Shown: in pieces, positions 63,227 to 64,000 of the stretch
How the letters are laid out: every line of letters starts with the position of its first letter
Numbering within the stretch: position 1 is the first letter of the stretch
Assembly (NCBI GenBank): GCA_963674945.2
Contig: CAXXWQ010000003.1
Coordinates: 2,432,001 to 2,496,000, forward strand
From: an uncultured Desulfosarcina sp.
GTDB lineage: Bacteria; Desulfobacterota; Desulfobacteria; Desulfobacterales; Desulfosarcinaceae
Reading direction: 5' to 3'
Length of the DNA stretch: 64,000 bases
The notes under the pieces: model-generated
Databases searched by the model: none
Told to the model about the DNA's origin: nothing
What the model saw: only the letters and a program-made list of their open reading frames with translations
Made by a program: the position numbers and the translations under genes

Positions 63227-64000
63227 TCATGGTGCAGGGTTTCGCCTGGGTTTTCCACTTTCCTGACGCTGGGGACGTTTGCCCTTTTGTCGATATCTGC
63301 GATGCTGATGGCCCGATGGCCGGTCGCCCCGTCGATTTTTTCTGCCTCTGGAAGCACCTTTGGATTGGGAGGGAGACGAAGGCGTCTTGGGTTTTCGTTT
63401 CGGGGGCGGTGGTGGCAGAATCAGGTAATCCTCTTCCGGCGGTATGCACCGCAATGGCCGGCCGATGAACTCCTCTATGGCCGGTAGATAGAAGGAGTCC
63501 TCCTCACAGGCAAAACTGATGGAAGTCCCTGCCGAACCGGCGCGACCCGTCCGCCCGATGCGATGGACATAGTCTTCGGGATCACGGGGCAAGGTGAAAT
63601 TGATGACATAATCCATGTCGTCGATATGAATGCCACGTCCCGCCACATCCGTTGCGACCAGAACGCGAATCTTTCCTTCCTTGAATTGTTCCAGGGTGCG
63701 AATCCGTTTTTTCTGGGGGATTTCACCGGAAAGAACGGAACAATCGATTCGATACCGGTCCAGCATGCCGGCCAGTCGCCGCGTCTCATCCCTTCGGTTG
63801 CAAAAGACCAATACTCTTTTCAGGTCCTTACGCGTAATGATGTTATAGGTCAGGGTGAACTTTTCATCCGTGGTGACGATGTACACCAGTTGCTCCACCG
63901 TATCTACGGCAACCTGCTCCGGTTCGATTTCGACGGAAACCGGGTTCCGTGTCCAGCTGGCACTCAAACGGTTTACGTCCGGTGTCAGTGTGGCGCTGAA
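63227..64000 (-). CDS. DEAD-box RNA helicase, C-terminal part (5' end outside the window)
   Basis: FSAT at the edge, [21 protein letters not shown], basic tail. Confidence 0.93.
   Translation of the reverse strand, partial: FSATLTPDVNRLSASWTRNPVSVEIEPEQVAVDTVEQLVYIVTTDEKFTLTYNIITRKDLKRVLVFCNRRDETRRLAGMLDRYRIDCSVLSGEIPQKKRIRTLEQFKEGKIRVLVATDVAGRGIHIDDMDYVINFTLPRDPEDYVHRIGRTGRAGSAGTSISFACEEDSFYLPAIEEFIGRPLRCIPPEEDYLILPPPPPKRKPKTPSSPSQSKGASRGRKNRRGDRPSGHQHRRYRQKGKRPQRQESGKPRRNPAP

Noticed and set aside
63168..63449. Frameshifted helicase C-terminus ending next to rlmL
   Set aside because: The main frame already gives a normal basic tail and stop; nothing supports a shift.

Overview
Bacterial chromosomal window. 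The gene content and the many hybrid histidine kinases suggest a Desulfobacterales-like deltaproteobacterium (inference only). A small core block (tRNA-Arg(ACG), tadA, purA, tRNA-Pro(CGG)) sits between two accessory regions. The left region (1-~4950) carries three co-oriented, signal-peptide-bearing genes: an S74-chaperone trimeric fibre, a small Ca-binding protein ending in one YD repeat, and a TSP3/DUF6531 Rhs-type protein that runs off the window edge and is missing from the ORF track. The right region (~7150-15300) carries a stand-alone MerR C-terminal-like domain, an MBL-fold hydrolase, an IS1380, a 31-bp inverted repeat with only Watson-Crick and G-U pairs, a sensor kinase and small enzymes. 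The rest is mostly housekeeping and signalling: hpf, typA, a SMUG1-type glycosylase, Dus, a lytic transglycosylase, gpt, elbB, xerD, serA, thiL, uup, an RlmL-like methylase and a DEAD-box helicase. It also holds a pfaD + pfaA-like PKS locus with no pfaB/C, coupled to an FAH-family gene, and an orphan m4C-type DNA methyltransferase. No CRISPR array, rRNA or prophage was seen. Family assignments come from motif recognition by eye, not database searches.
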